This document shows positions 38,267 to 49,710 of a DNA stretch of 64,000 bases, one piece after another (position 1 is the first letter of the stretch; every line of letters begins with the position of its first letter). The DNA is taken from assembly GCA_047495785.1 (NCBI GenBank), contig JBLDXI010000001.1:868001-932000 (forward strand), written 5' to 3'. Below the pieces are notes generated by a model that did not search any database, was not told the origin of the DNA, and was given only the letters and a program-made list of their open reading frames with translations. Made by a program: the position numbers and the translations under genes. This DNA is from Lepidodermella squamata. Lineage: Eukaryota > Animalia > Gastrotricha.

Positions 38267-40101
38267 ATGTTAAAGACGGTCCTATTCCTTTTGGCTTGTA
38301 TATCCTCTGGTTCAACTCAGGGCAACGAGGTTGATCTTCTTTTTTATTTTCAATGCGATCAATACGTTTTTTTCGTAGAATTCAGGATCTTGCGCTGAAC
38401 TTTCACGATCTAATGCCAGAGTTTATGGAACTTTGATAATTGGCGCTGGCACTGCCGGGCTAGTTACCGCCCAACGGCTAAGCTCGTTGAATATCACCGA
38501 CTATTTAGTCCTAGAAGCTCGAGAACGCCTTGGAGGTCGTATCCAAACCGTCAATGAAAGCGATCATGTCATCGATTTGGGAGCGCAGTGGTTTCGTGGG
38601 ACTGAAAACAACCCGGTCTACGATTTCGCCATCAGGCATGGTTTAGTTGTCTTGGACGCAGAGAATCCATTCTCGCGTGAAGATTACTACACAATAGAGG
38701 GCGAAACTGTTCAGCAGTTCGTCATTGACGATACATGGCAGTTGATTCAAGACAGCGTTAGGGACATCTTCAACACTGAAAACTACGCCCAATCTTATGG
38801 AAATCAGCTGAAAACACAATTTTGTTAGTTTTAGTGAATATTCCATATTATCGGGATTGACATGGCTTTCTAAATAGATCAACGGCTCCCTGCAACAGAC
38901 CCGTTCTACCAGCAGAAGGCTGGTGTATTCCGCCATCGATACAACATCATGTCATCGCAGATTGGCGAAGACATCGAAGCTGAGCACCTTGAGTCTGAGC
39001 TGGCTTATAGCCCTGATAATGGAAACTGGTATGCAATGCCGCGAAGAGGATACCAGTCCATCTTAGATAAGCTTCTCCTAGAGTAAGACCCCGCCATCTC
39101 TAGCTGGCAAGAGAATATAGTGTATTGTTACAGGATTCCAAGCCAAAGCATCATGACCAGGGCGAAGGTAAAGGGAATCTACTGGAACTTGACTTGCCCA
39201 GGAAGCCCTGTGAAAGTTGGCGTTCGCTTGACTGACGGTCGGTTGTTTGCCGGCAAAAGTGTTGTAGTCACTGTACCGTTGGGTGTCCTCAAATCTGGCG
39301 CCATCATGTTCAGCCCTGGTCTTCCCATAGCGAAAAGCCTGTAAAGCTGTCATGGCTAATCGCAATTTCCTTTTATTTTTTTACGCTTTATAGGTCGATT
39401 CAGAACCTAGGCTTTGGTTGCCTTAATAAGGTATTCCTTCACTGGGAACAACCGTGGTGGCATGTTTCCTACGGCACAGTCAATGTTTTGTATCTTAATG
39501 ACACCAGCCGGGTTATTGACCCAATTAAAGTTACTACTTCATTGTATCCAGATGTGAGTTATAAACAATTTCGAAGCTTCTCGTAATTTTAAACTTTTTT
39601 CTAGCCGACTATGCGGCTGTGGTACCGATATGGGACTGGCTTTAATGCAGTCTATGGACAGCCAAATATCCTTCAGACCTGGTACTACGGCACGTGGGCA
39701 AGGTTTATCGAAACCCTTCCCGATTCGGAGATTCAAAGCGTTCTGATTCAAATTTTACGCCTCCGCTTTGACTCTGAGATCTACAAAATTCCGCAGCCGG
39801 TCAAAATAACTCGAACCAACTGGTGCTCAGATGAGTTAACCAAGGGTGGTTTCGTCTACCTGGGCATGAATTCAAGAAGCAGCGATATTGCAAGATTGGC
39901 TGAACCTTTGCCAAACTACGCGGTAAAGCTTGTCAATTTTAATAATTATTAATCATGAGATTTCCGTTAAAGAATCCTAATTTGTATTTCGCCGGTGAAG
40001 CGACTGGTGGCAATGGTAACTGGGCCACGGTTCGAGCTGCTTGGGAAAGCGGACTTCGAGTTGCCAACCAAATTGCTCAGCAACTGAACCGTAGCCCTTG
40101 A
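38267..40101 (+). CDS. Secreted flavin amine oxidase (copy H, divergent)
   Basis: Signal peptide MLKTVLFLLACISSGSTQG. Motifs IIGAGTAG, EARERLGGR, DLGAQWFRG, VTVPLGVLK, FAGEAT..TVRAAW. Confidence 0.87.
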
Positions 40102-40143
40102 ATGATTCATCTAAAAATCGCGGCTTTATTTTGAAATTTCAGC

Positions 40144-41206
40144 TTAATAAATAATGTCAGGATACAACTGAACCAAAGCTGAGCAATTAACAGTTTTAAC
40201 TTGAAGCACCGAATTTTTCAGATGATCGAAATCTCGAGTTGAGCACTTTTCTAGGTTATCAAAATCGATTTGAAGTACTGCTTTTGGATTTCGAGGTGCG
40301 AACGCCTTGACTGACTCGAAGGTAGTCTCTGTTAGCGGTAAAAACAGCTCCCTGGGGTACTAAGAGAAATTGCAATTAAATAGAGACATGATGAAAAAAA
40401 TTCGTACCAAATGGCGGTTTCCAATCCATTTGAAGAAAACCTGTCCGACTCTTGCATTCGAATTATCGAACTCAATGCCCTGGTTTGAGTCGATCGAAAA
40501 AGCCTCTAAAACGATGATATCAATAAATGGCCATCGATAGCTGCCCGCCTTAGTTTCGACTTTGATTGAGCCATTAGTCGGGCTATTTTCGAAAAATTTG
40601 ATGACGTTATACGTGTAACCAGGCATTGCGCTGTAGGAGCGGTGCTGATATTGCTCCCCAAGGAGAGACATTGCTTTAGATAGATTCCGAATGAAATAAT
40701 CAATAGGAAGCTCGGAATTAGCAATAATAGCCAAGTCTATATCATCATCCCAGCTTGATGAAAAAAATGAGATAAATTGATCAAAATTGATGGAAAATTA
40801 GTTTAAAAATGTACGGAATAATTGCACGATTGTGGCGATACCAGCCCAAAAGTGAGCCAGCAAATAAGATTGGCGAGTGGCCAAGCTCCGTCAAGATTTC
40901 AACGCAAGCTTTCAGCGTCTCGATCAGAACGTGATATTCGGCGCTTTCGAGCAGAAAAATTCGTTTAAAGTCTCTTTTGATGTCATTGGAGGTGACGTAG
41001 CTATCATTTTCTTCCGAATTTATTCTCCTTATTCGAGCGTGAAAGCTTTGCTGATCATTCAACTTGCTATTTGGAGAGTAAAAAATAATGCCAGATTGTT
41101 ATCCAACTTTAGCTCACCTTAAGAAAAATGGTGAATGAAGTATTAAAGCCATCAAAGCAGATGCGGATATTATTGAGAGAGCCCGGAAACGGGCATTTCT
41201 CATCAT
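40144..41206 (-). CDS. LicD/fukutin-family phosphotransferase, type II membrane (copy 1)
   Basis: LFAGSLLGWYRH..IIP|WDDDIDLAI, WPFIDI and LFLPL..TFE....APRNP, plus an N-terminal hydrophobic anchor. Confidence 0.85.
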
Positions 41207-41379
41207 CCAGTTGATGGTTCTGCAAGCGTTCTATTAGTCAGGTTTATCATAAAAGAAAAGTCGTATTAGAATTCCTCGTGAAAAAGCGTTGGCTTTACTC
41301 GTTTTATTATTCAAAAATTCAGGCTTGAAACGACAATTAAACAACAATTTAATTAGGACTTTTACATACTTATTATTTC

Positions 41380-42347
41380 TCAAATATTTGTAAATGTGTA
41401 ATAAGGCTCAAGTCGCGAGCAATTCGTCTCTACCTTCGGCTCCTCTTTGTCTTTCAGATGATTGAACCCGCGTGTCGAGCACTTCGCAAGGTCGCCGTAG
41501 GTAACGTGCAGAATTCCGACAACGTGCCTTGGTAAAGGCACGCGCGTTCCTTCAAATAAGCCATATTGCAGCGGGAAAACGTGCTTGCGGGCATACTAAA
41601 AATAAATGACGCGCTTTCAATTAAACGAAATAAAAAAAAAGACGGAACCTGATGATGGGTCTGCGTTTCCCAGTGAAACGAGTCATTGCGCGGCAGGTAC
41701 TTGAGAGGGAAAATGTCTAGGTTAGGCCATCGAAACGAAGTTCCATCAACCGAGCACGTTTCATTGAAATTAAAAATCTTCAAAATCGTCATCTTACGAT
41801 CGATGACGAAGTTGAGATTGAGTGACATTGAATGGGAGACATTTCTTAGAATAGCTGCAATATCTTCTAAGAATTCCTCGCCGGTTTTGCCGGTGATGTC
41901 GAATGGCATAGCAAAATCGATATCATCATCCCATCTGTTTCGAATGGTAAAATGATAGGTAAAACCACGTGAAATTTGACGTCAATAATCTTACGGAACC
42001 ATCGAATAATTGTGCCGAAAATAGCCAAGTAAAGATCCGCCGAATAGAAACCACGGATTATGTCCCTGCCGGTTCACCTCGTTCAAAACTTCGATGGTCT
42101 CGCGGTAACTTTTCAGCAAAACTTCTCGATGCCTGGATCCTTCGGTGAGCTTTGGCGTGAACTGAATCCGCAAATCATCGACAGCAACTTTGCGAATTTC
42201 ATCAGGGTACAGCTTCCCGAGGTAGATGTAGTCAGCAAGGTACAGCAAGCTGATAAGAAAGCTGAAAACGATGAAACTAGCAACGAGTAATGCTCTGACA
42301 GTGAAAGCGCGACTCGGGTGCATTTTTTTTATTAATTTCTGATACAT
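41380..42347 (-). CDS. LicD/fukutin-family phosphotransferase (copy 2)
   Basis: LFGGSLLGYFRH..MVP|WDDDIDFAM, WPNLDIFP and VFPLQYGLFEG..VPLPR, plus an N-terminal TM helix. Confidence 0.85.
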
Positions 42348-42614
42348 TTCAGTACTGATAATGATATGAAAGATCAGTGTTTCTGTTGCGCAACATTTGT
42401 AGTGTAATATCGAACACCAATCAGAAATTTTACAAAATTGTTCCCACGACTAAAAATAAAAACTTTAATCGTTCTTTTCGGTTCAGTGTAGCAAAAAGAG
42501 ATCGGAAATTTGTCGGAAAAAAATAGAAAAAAATTCGTTATTTTTCGAAGAACTTGGCACGGTCATTTTTGAAAAATCTAATAAAGCAATTGAAAAAGAC
42601 CAGTTATTCCAGTT

Positions 42615-42881
42615 TTAAGTAGAATTTGAGTTCATTTGAACTGCGACAAAGTTGCAGAAGTAAGCGTTTCCCAACGTTAGCATGCATTTCCGCAGGTCAT
42701 CTCGTCGCAGTCTTTCTTTAGCATCCTTGCTCGCTTGAACCATGGCTTTGATGTTAGCGGTGAGTTCTTCCAATCGGTTGTTCGAGTTGTGTCTCGTGTG
42801 AGCAGCAACCGGGTAACTTTGAGCAGGACTCACTTGGCTGAGCAGCAGACAAGCGAGAAGTAGTCCAATTCTCAAATTCAT
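42615..42881 (-). CDS. Small secreted protein / peptide precursor (copy 3, 88 aa, no Pro linker)
   Basis: MNLRIGLLLACLLLSQVSPA signal peptide, then HNSNNRLEELTANIKAMVQA...DDLRKCMLTLGNAYFC. Confidence 0.85.
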   Translation of the reverse strand: MNLRIGLLLACLLLSQVSPAQSYPVAAHTRHNSNNRLEELTANIKAMVQASKDAKERLRRDDLRKCMLTLGNAYFCNFVAVQMNSNST

Positions 42882-44059
42882 TTTGATATGTCGCGATTTT
42901 AGTATCGAACAAATCACGTTCAGCTTTGCGGTTAATGACGTCGAAGCCGGCATCGGTGTTGTTATTGTAGCTTTAATCTATAAACAGATCGAGGTAAACA
43001 AAAAACAGTGTTAGACTTGTTTTTAGAAGTTTTGAAAACGTCAAGCAGAAGCGCCTACGTCGCGGCAAAAAATTTGAATCTACCCGCCCTCAGGACATGT
43101 CATCTACCTCGCCAGAGGAGTTGCGGAGGTTTTCTAAAATCTAGCTAGCCCACCATTCTTTGGAGTCGGAGGTGAAACCGCCCCTGCGAATCCCTTTTAG
43201 CGATATAGGTATTCTGAAACTGCCGCTGTAATGGGCTCACATTTGCCGCTAAATTATTGATGAGAGAAATTGCATGGAGTACTTCGAATCATTCTTAATT
43301 TTAGCCGACATCGCGGAGCTTGATGCCGGTTGATAAAAGCTTATAGAACTTCCCCAGCGCATGGGACCAAAAAACTGAAACCGATTCTTCATAAATTGCC
43401 CGCCCAGAAGTAATGGTTGGAACCCAGCCGGCCGAATCACTTGAAGCTTTTGAGTATTGAGTATGCTCGGGTAGAATCGAAATTGAAAAGGGTTAAGAGC
43501 GAATTCGATGTTTTAAATATCGGAAATCACGAGGGCAAAAAAATGTTCGTTCTCCCCCATCCCAGCATTATAAAAGTAATAGCAATCTCCCCCACCAAAT
43601 TATCAACCTCGGCGATAAATTGCCACACTGCTGACGTAATTTGAACGAAACGTCAAAAGTTCAACTTTAGATTTTACATTTCGGCACGTTTTGAAGGTAA
43701 CCAAAAATTAGTCTGTTCGAATTTGCATGCGAATCTGTGCGTCACCCCCGATATAAGAACATTTTTAGACCCTAGACCAATTTAATGATCGTTAAAGTGG
43801 TATTCGCTGAGAAATAAATAAAAATACCTTTGATATGACAGACGAACATCAGACATCAGATTTCCGAAAATTGAATGCGCATTGATGATAAAAAATGAAA
43901 AAAAATTTAAGAAAAACAAAAACCTGCAGCGAAAAAAATAAAAAATAAAATAAATCATAAATAATTATGAAAACGGAATGCGGGTGGCTCGAAATACAAT
44001 TAATAATGTACGTCAAGTATGCTGCTAGTACATATTAGGTTGAATTTTAGTGTTACGGT

Positions 44060-44250
44060 CCAGGGTTTTGATCGATAGAAAAGTGTAAATTTTGCTATTT
44101 TTATACGCAATAATGAACGACCCAATAAGAACCAAACTTTACCTAGCGTTAGGAACTACCTGTGATGGAAAAAATTGCCTCCCCCTCAGGATCACCCATT
44201 CAAATGTTTTCAAGGCTCAAAGTTTCAAATTCTTTCGATCAAAACCCTGG
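44060..44250. repeat. 16-bp perfect inverted repeat pair (MITE-like)
   Basis: ccagggttttgatcga (44060) and tcgatcaaaaccctgg (ending 44250). Confidence 0.5.
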
Positions 44251-44548
44251 TCGAGGGTTAGGTTTGGGCTTAAGTTCAAGCCTCAATATACCAATATTGA
44301 ATAAGCTATTCAATTCATATGTACGAGCAGCAAAACTGTCGCAAATGCTTTGAATAGCAAATCACTCTGTTAATATTGGCTGTTGGGTATTGATGGAGAT
44401 TTGCGCTGGAATCAGTTCGCGTTTATGACTATTGAACATGACAGAGGTCCCGTCACGGAGAATCGCATATTTTTGTTCAAAGTAGTGAATATGCAATTTT
44501 CCAATACTTTAATTGGAAAAACCACCGTGGGCCGGGCATGCTTGATCC

Positions 44549-44632
44549 TGGTTCCGTCACTAGGACTTGAACCCAGTCCCGAGCGATATTCCCACAGAAA
44601 CAGCTCAACAGCCCAACTGAGCCATCTTGCCA
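44549..44632 (-). other. tRNA-derived Pol III element (SINE head or tRNA pseudogene)
   Basis: The minus strand shows an A box (tggctcagttgg) and a B box (ggttcaagtcc) at tRNA-like spacing, but no convincing cloverleaf. Confidence 0.5.
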
Positions 44633-44825
44633 AATCCCATTGGCTATTAACTATTAATAATGCTGATCTTTGCCTGACTTCATCGAAAAACCTTCCTAAG
44701 GTTCCTGATCTCTCCTATTGGTTCCACATTGGTTCCTATTGGTTCCACATTCAAAAACTCGGCGGTAGAAACGAGTATATACTTCAAATATTTTTTAAAT
44801 TCCGCATAGTTATGAAAATACCCGA

Positions 44826-44922
44826 ATAACCATCTGGGCCTATTGTTCCGCTGGGCCTATTGTTCCGCTGGGCCTATTGTTTTCCCCAAGCCCTGAAAAC
44901 AATAGGTCCAGAAGATGGTTAT
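44826..44922. repeat. Small fold-back element with internal 17-bp tandem repeats
   Basis: ataaccatctgggcctattgtt ... aacaataggtccagaagatggttat is an imperfect inverted repeat. The unit ctgggcctattgttccg occurs about 3 times. Confidence 0.6.
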
Positions 44923-47012
44923 AATAAACCGTAACTAGTTGGTAGTCGGCAGTCCGATACTTTCATAATATGGACAATTTCGCAAGATCATCAAATGACC
45001 CGTCTATAGTTTCTTTTGAGACGTTTCCCTGCTTCGATTTCGAAGGCAATTGAGGTTATTGAGGTTTGAAGATTCGGGAACCCCAACGAAAATAAAAGAA
45101 AATGAGCTACGACGACTAACTAGAGAACTTCGAATCTTAGTCAGTTTCAAACGTTGACTTAAGAGAGAAATTTGCTATTCTTCATGACGCAGGTACCCAT
45201 ATCCTAAAAGTGCGAATAGCTATAAACGCTCACTTGCTATTCACCTCGAATAGACCGACCTTATAGAATTTAAAGTTTAATATAATATTTTTAGATTAAT
45301 TATTATTGTTATAATATATTAATAAAAATTAAAAAAAAATAATAATTAAAAATTAACGTAATTTTTCTAATATTCTAGGTTCTAAGCTAACAGTACCTAA
45401 ATAATTACCCGTTACCTGACTTCAGCTATAACGATAATTTCACATGTGATGGTTGGTTGTCCTTGTACAGAGGTGTCTTATTCTTTTGTTGCGGAAAATT
45501 TTAATTGCCCATTTACATCCTTGAAACGCATGGGAAACAGCCGGCTTTCTCATATAATTATACTCAGTCCTGGTGAAAATCAATAAAACCTGACGTCCTC
45601 TTTGATGCTGATAATAATTGAACGAGGCAGTTGATCAATTATCTATTACCACATGACATATTGGGCCCAAGCGACTGATGACTTGCGGTGACACTTGCTT
45701 TGGAAATTCGTGTTAACCGTAATTTAACGGAACTAATGTGTTTTAATTTGTTTAATTTCGAATGAGACAAGAAGTCAGGCGATCATATTATTACTGCGCA
45801 AAAAAGTATCCTGTTTCAATCCATCGTCGATTGTTACGTCTTCTCAAAGAAGATTTCCGCCGCACATGATGGCATTGCCCACTAGCCGCATGCATTTAGC
45901 ATAGGCTTTTTGACGGTCACCTGCCGAATGCGTTTGCAACCATTCGTACCATTTATCAATGAAAGCTCCTGGTTCGTTTTTCAAAGCTGGAAAATGCGAG
46001 ATAATATTTTTGTTATAATGAACGTAAAAACAAGGCTAACCAGTCTCCTCGGTTTTTGTGAATTTAACGCCGAAGCGATTCAGCATTCGCTCTGCCATCT
46101 GGTCAAACTTGGCTGCAATGGCAGAGGGCATCGCCTCGCTATGGCTGACTAACAGGTAACATATAATAGCAACGAACAGGACATGGGGCATCCGCAAGCT
46201 AGTCATTTTAGTCTGGCAGGGCTAGAAAATGAACGTCAAATCGAATTGAAATAAAAGAGCAATAATGCGGAATGAAATTAGCGAGTTCAGGATGGGGCTG
46301 CGCCTGCTCACATGAAATCACACTTTTAAGACACTGTGAGTAGGTGATCAGTTGAGTGCGAATTATTGAAAAATTCACTAAATCGACGAGGCGTGTAATA
46401 AGTAGCGGTAAGAGTGCGAATTTCTGATTGTTTATCATCATGGTTTCCGGCAATAAATCACGCATCTTTATTATGACATTTAATACAACATACAGCTATT
46501 ACCGGTGCCAAAGTGAGAACACGATGACCCATATTGTGGTGTGGCTTAAATAATCGAGGTAAACATTTGAAAAAATAATCTCATTTGATTCGAACTTACG
46601 GCGAAAATTAGCTCACTTTTCGCATTCCATGTAGTATGCTGAGGGGGAAGGTATCAAATTTTTATGATGTATGAATTATTTTAATTTGCTGCGATCAATA
46701 CGTCGTTGGTGCGGCTAAAAGTCATCTGTCCAACATCGAAATTGAGATTTTTAACAGAAGTTTCTAACTCAGTATTTCAAGCTAGTCAATAATCTAAAAA
46801 AACGATTAGTCACATGCGCGTTATTTCTAGGTCATTTTTCCCACTTAGAAAAGACCTATCTCCACGTCACGAGTTCAAACGAGTCAAAATTGCTTTTTCG
46901 ATTTATTGCGCAAAATTGACTCTCCTTGAGCCTAGAAACGCTTCGGATTTTAACTCGCTGGGGAATTCAATTTTTGTTGTATATCTGTCATTATTTCAGT
47001 TTAAGAGAACAA

Positions 47013-47539
47013 CTTTTTTCATCAGACATATGTCTTCTTTTATCAGACATATGTCTTATTTCATCCGGCAACCTAAAATGTGACTTAAAATAACCGACAT
47101 GAAATTTGCCTAACTTCAAACTTTGCCGAACATCCCCGCCCAACAGCCAAGCCCAGGAACCTTAATTCTCAAGTCTTTATATTCTATCCGTGGCTCCAAT
47201 CGATTCCAAAACCAGAAATATCTTGAGGAACCCATGAGTTGGCGGAATCAGGACCTCAAAATGACGTCCTTTGACATAAAAAGGGTTCAATACTGTTCGA
47301 AATCCTGATTTTGAAAAGGTTTTTCTATCTCAAAAATATTCCTAAGCCAAATAACCCTTTGCCGAATCAATATCGACTTCGGAATCACTAGATATCCGCG
47401 GTCACCAAGTCTTTCTTGAAGTTCCCTCATCTGCTAAAAATTCAGTGAAACTTGGTTCCGAGTGAGAACAGTTGTCGGATAATTAAAGTCACATTTTAGG
47501 ATGTCGGATGAAATAAGACATTTGTCTGATGAAAAAAAG
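47013..47539. mobile_element. Non-autonomous fold-back/MITE-like element with inverted arms of about 70 bp
   Basis: ttttttcatcagacatatgtcttatttcatccggcaacctaaaatgtgact.. matches the reverse complement of 47473-47539 with few mismatches. The left arm has an internal tandem duplication of about 20 bp. Confidence 0.6.
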
Positions 47540-49710
47540 CCAAACCCCAGTTTAAAGGCCGCTTCAAACAAAGTCCCTTTCCCTTCCAATTGGCGGTTTT
47601 GTGCATTGAATTCACTATGCTTATGCTTCTCACGACTCACAGAAACGATGTCCATAAATTTATACAGCTCAGCATCGGACAGCCAGGTCGAATTTATGAG
47701 GCAAGCGAAGTCGGGGCAGTGTGAAACGGGTGACACTCGTGGTTGGCAAAATATAATATATTTAGCTCAGCCGACGATCTCATTAATCCTGTCGTATACG
47801 CGGATTACTTCAGCCATATTTTTTTGACAAGGGCTGCTCGGATATATAAAGGGAAGTACACATGTCACATTTAAAAGTTCAGACATGAAGATCGGACAAA
47901 TTATGCTCCGCCTACTAAAATTTAATATCAGATTTACCTGGAATAATTGATTGGACAGTTCACGCTTGACGGGTTGACACAATGAAATTATTCCCACCAT
48001 CACCTGACAACTGCTATCAAATCGTTGATTTGTAATACGAAGAAGTCGGATCAAAGCCTTTTGGAGCAGAGTGTGGCGTCTCACCAGACCTTAACCGTCG
48101 CTTTAGTTTTTATGAACACTAACGATCTGGAGAGTGGCTACAGCCTGTTTTGTTACCAATAAAAAATCGTAATGCGAAGGGCGCTGCTTACATCAAATCC
48201 AAAATGATTAATGACCCGGATGATTAATGACCGATGAGAGCTTCATTCTTCGCGGAGAGTATATAAAATTCCAGGCGCCAAGAAAAATATGCACGCCTAA
48301 CGCGCATTTTTGGAGAAACATGTTGCGCTCCATCTTTTTCCTGTTATCATTTTTTCGGCGCATAACAAATCGCCGTTATATATGAGATTATTACCTATGG
48401 ACTTGATGCCGGCTAGTAGGTGAAATCCGCGCGCGTAATCCACTTTAGATGCGCGCACGCAAAAATAATAGCCTCAGTTCAAAAACTGCGCGCTGTTTTT
48501 TAGCGCGCCGCTCATCCAAACATCTGGCTGTGTCGGCCAAAAGTTCGCCCAAGATTGGCTCGCACAATTTTGCGCGCCATGATAATACCCAGAACCCTTG
48601 CCCTCCACTATAACTATACTCAACGAAAAAATGCTGATTGGAGAAGATGCGGAGCAATAATAATAATAACTAAACTACATCCTCTCTAATGACGAATGGA
48701 GCATCGCATGAGTGGTAAATAAAAATAAGGGCATGGGTTTTAAACCGCCTTAATGTGTTTATATTGTGCTGTGCCAAATAGCGATTCGCTTGCTTTAGCC
48801 TCAGTCGGCCCGTGTAACAGTCACGCTTCGATTGGGGATCATCGATCACACGCAGCGTAGATATCGATGATGATAAGAAGGTAAATGTTTACGAGTATAT
48901 TTTCATTGTGAAATAATTCGCGCTGTAGATGTATAGCGCTTTTTCTTAAACGCGCGCGATAAAAACAACGGCCTCGAAAGGTGCGCTCGCGGCTCTCTCA
49001 ACGCCCGGCGCGAACTCGCTTTAAAATCCATCGCCATTATAGATATAAATAGTAATAAAAAGTCCCGATGAGATAGATAATAAAAGCGCGCTGATCGCCC
49101 GACCAGTGTGCGCAACAACTACGCGAAAATGATCGCATTTATTATTGTTACTTTGAACAAAAATTCGTGTACACACGCCGGTTTTCGCATGATGCGAAAC
49201 TACTGCACGGTTGTTATTCAAAGCTATTACTATAGAATAAATAGCCTAAGAATAGGCGTACGCCACAGAAAAACATGAAGAGCGCGCAAATTATCCGCAC
49301 ATTTTCACCCGTCAGTTCCTTAAATAACTATGAGATAAGCTTTTGTGGAGCTGAAAATCTAAGCTATCAACCCTTAGCTCACCTGTCCTGCTTTTGTTAT
49401 TAATGAACTGAATAACTCACGCACCTGCTCCGCGCATGAGTCTTATCTTGGCGGCATGCCGCAAAAAAGCGCGCGTTTGAGCGCAAAAAACAACGCGCGC
49501 ACCTGCACAACGCCGTTGCTTGTGGGCGGTTGCGTATAATCGCATGCCTAGATAGATAGATAGAAGCATCATCATAGCCCTTGGCACGCGATTTTTTAAT
49601 ACTCATCTTCTGTTCATTATTTTTACCGACTAATATAGCCAACAAAAAACTCACCTGAGTTATATATCGTGCGTTTTCGTCATTACTTATTTTATTTCGG
49701 AATTATTATT

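Noticed and set aside
44254-44270. Telomere-like agggttaggtttggg
   Set aside because: Too short and degenerate to call an interstitial telomere.
44835-44885. CRISPR-like array
   Set aside because: The 17-bp units are contiguous with no spacers, and the context is eukaryotic.
45910-49654. Numerous short ORFs in the spacer and F-BAR upstream region
   Set aside because: No motifs or consistent exon chains; likely regulatory or intergenic DNA.
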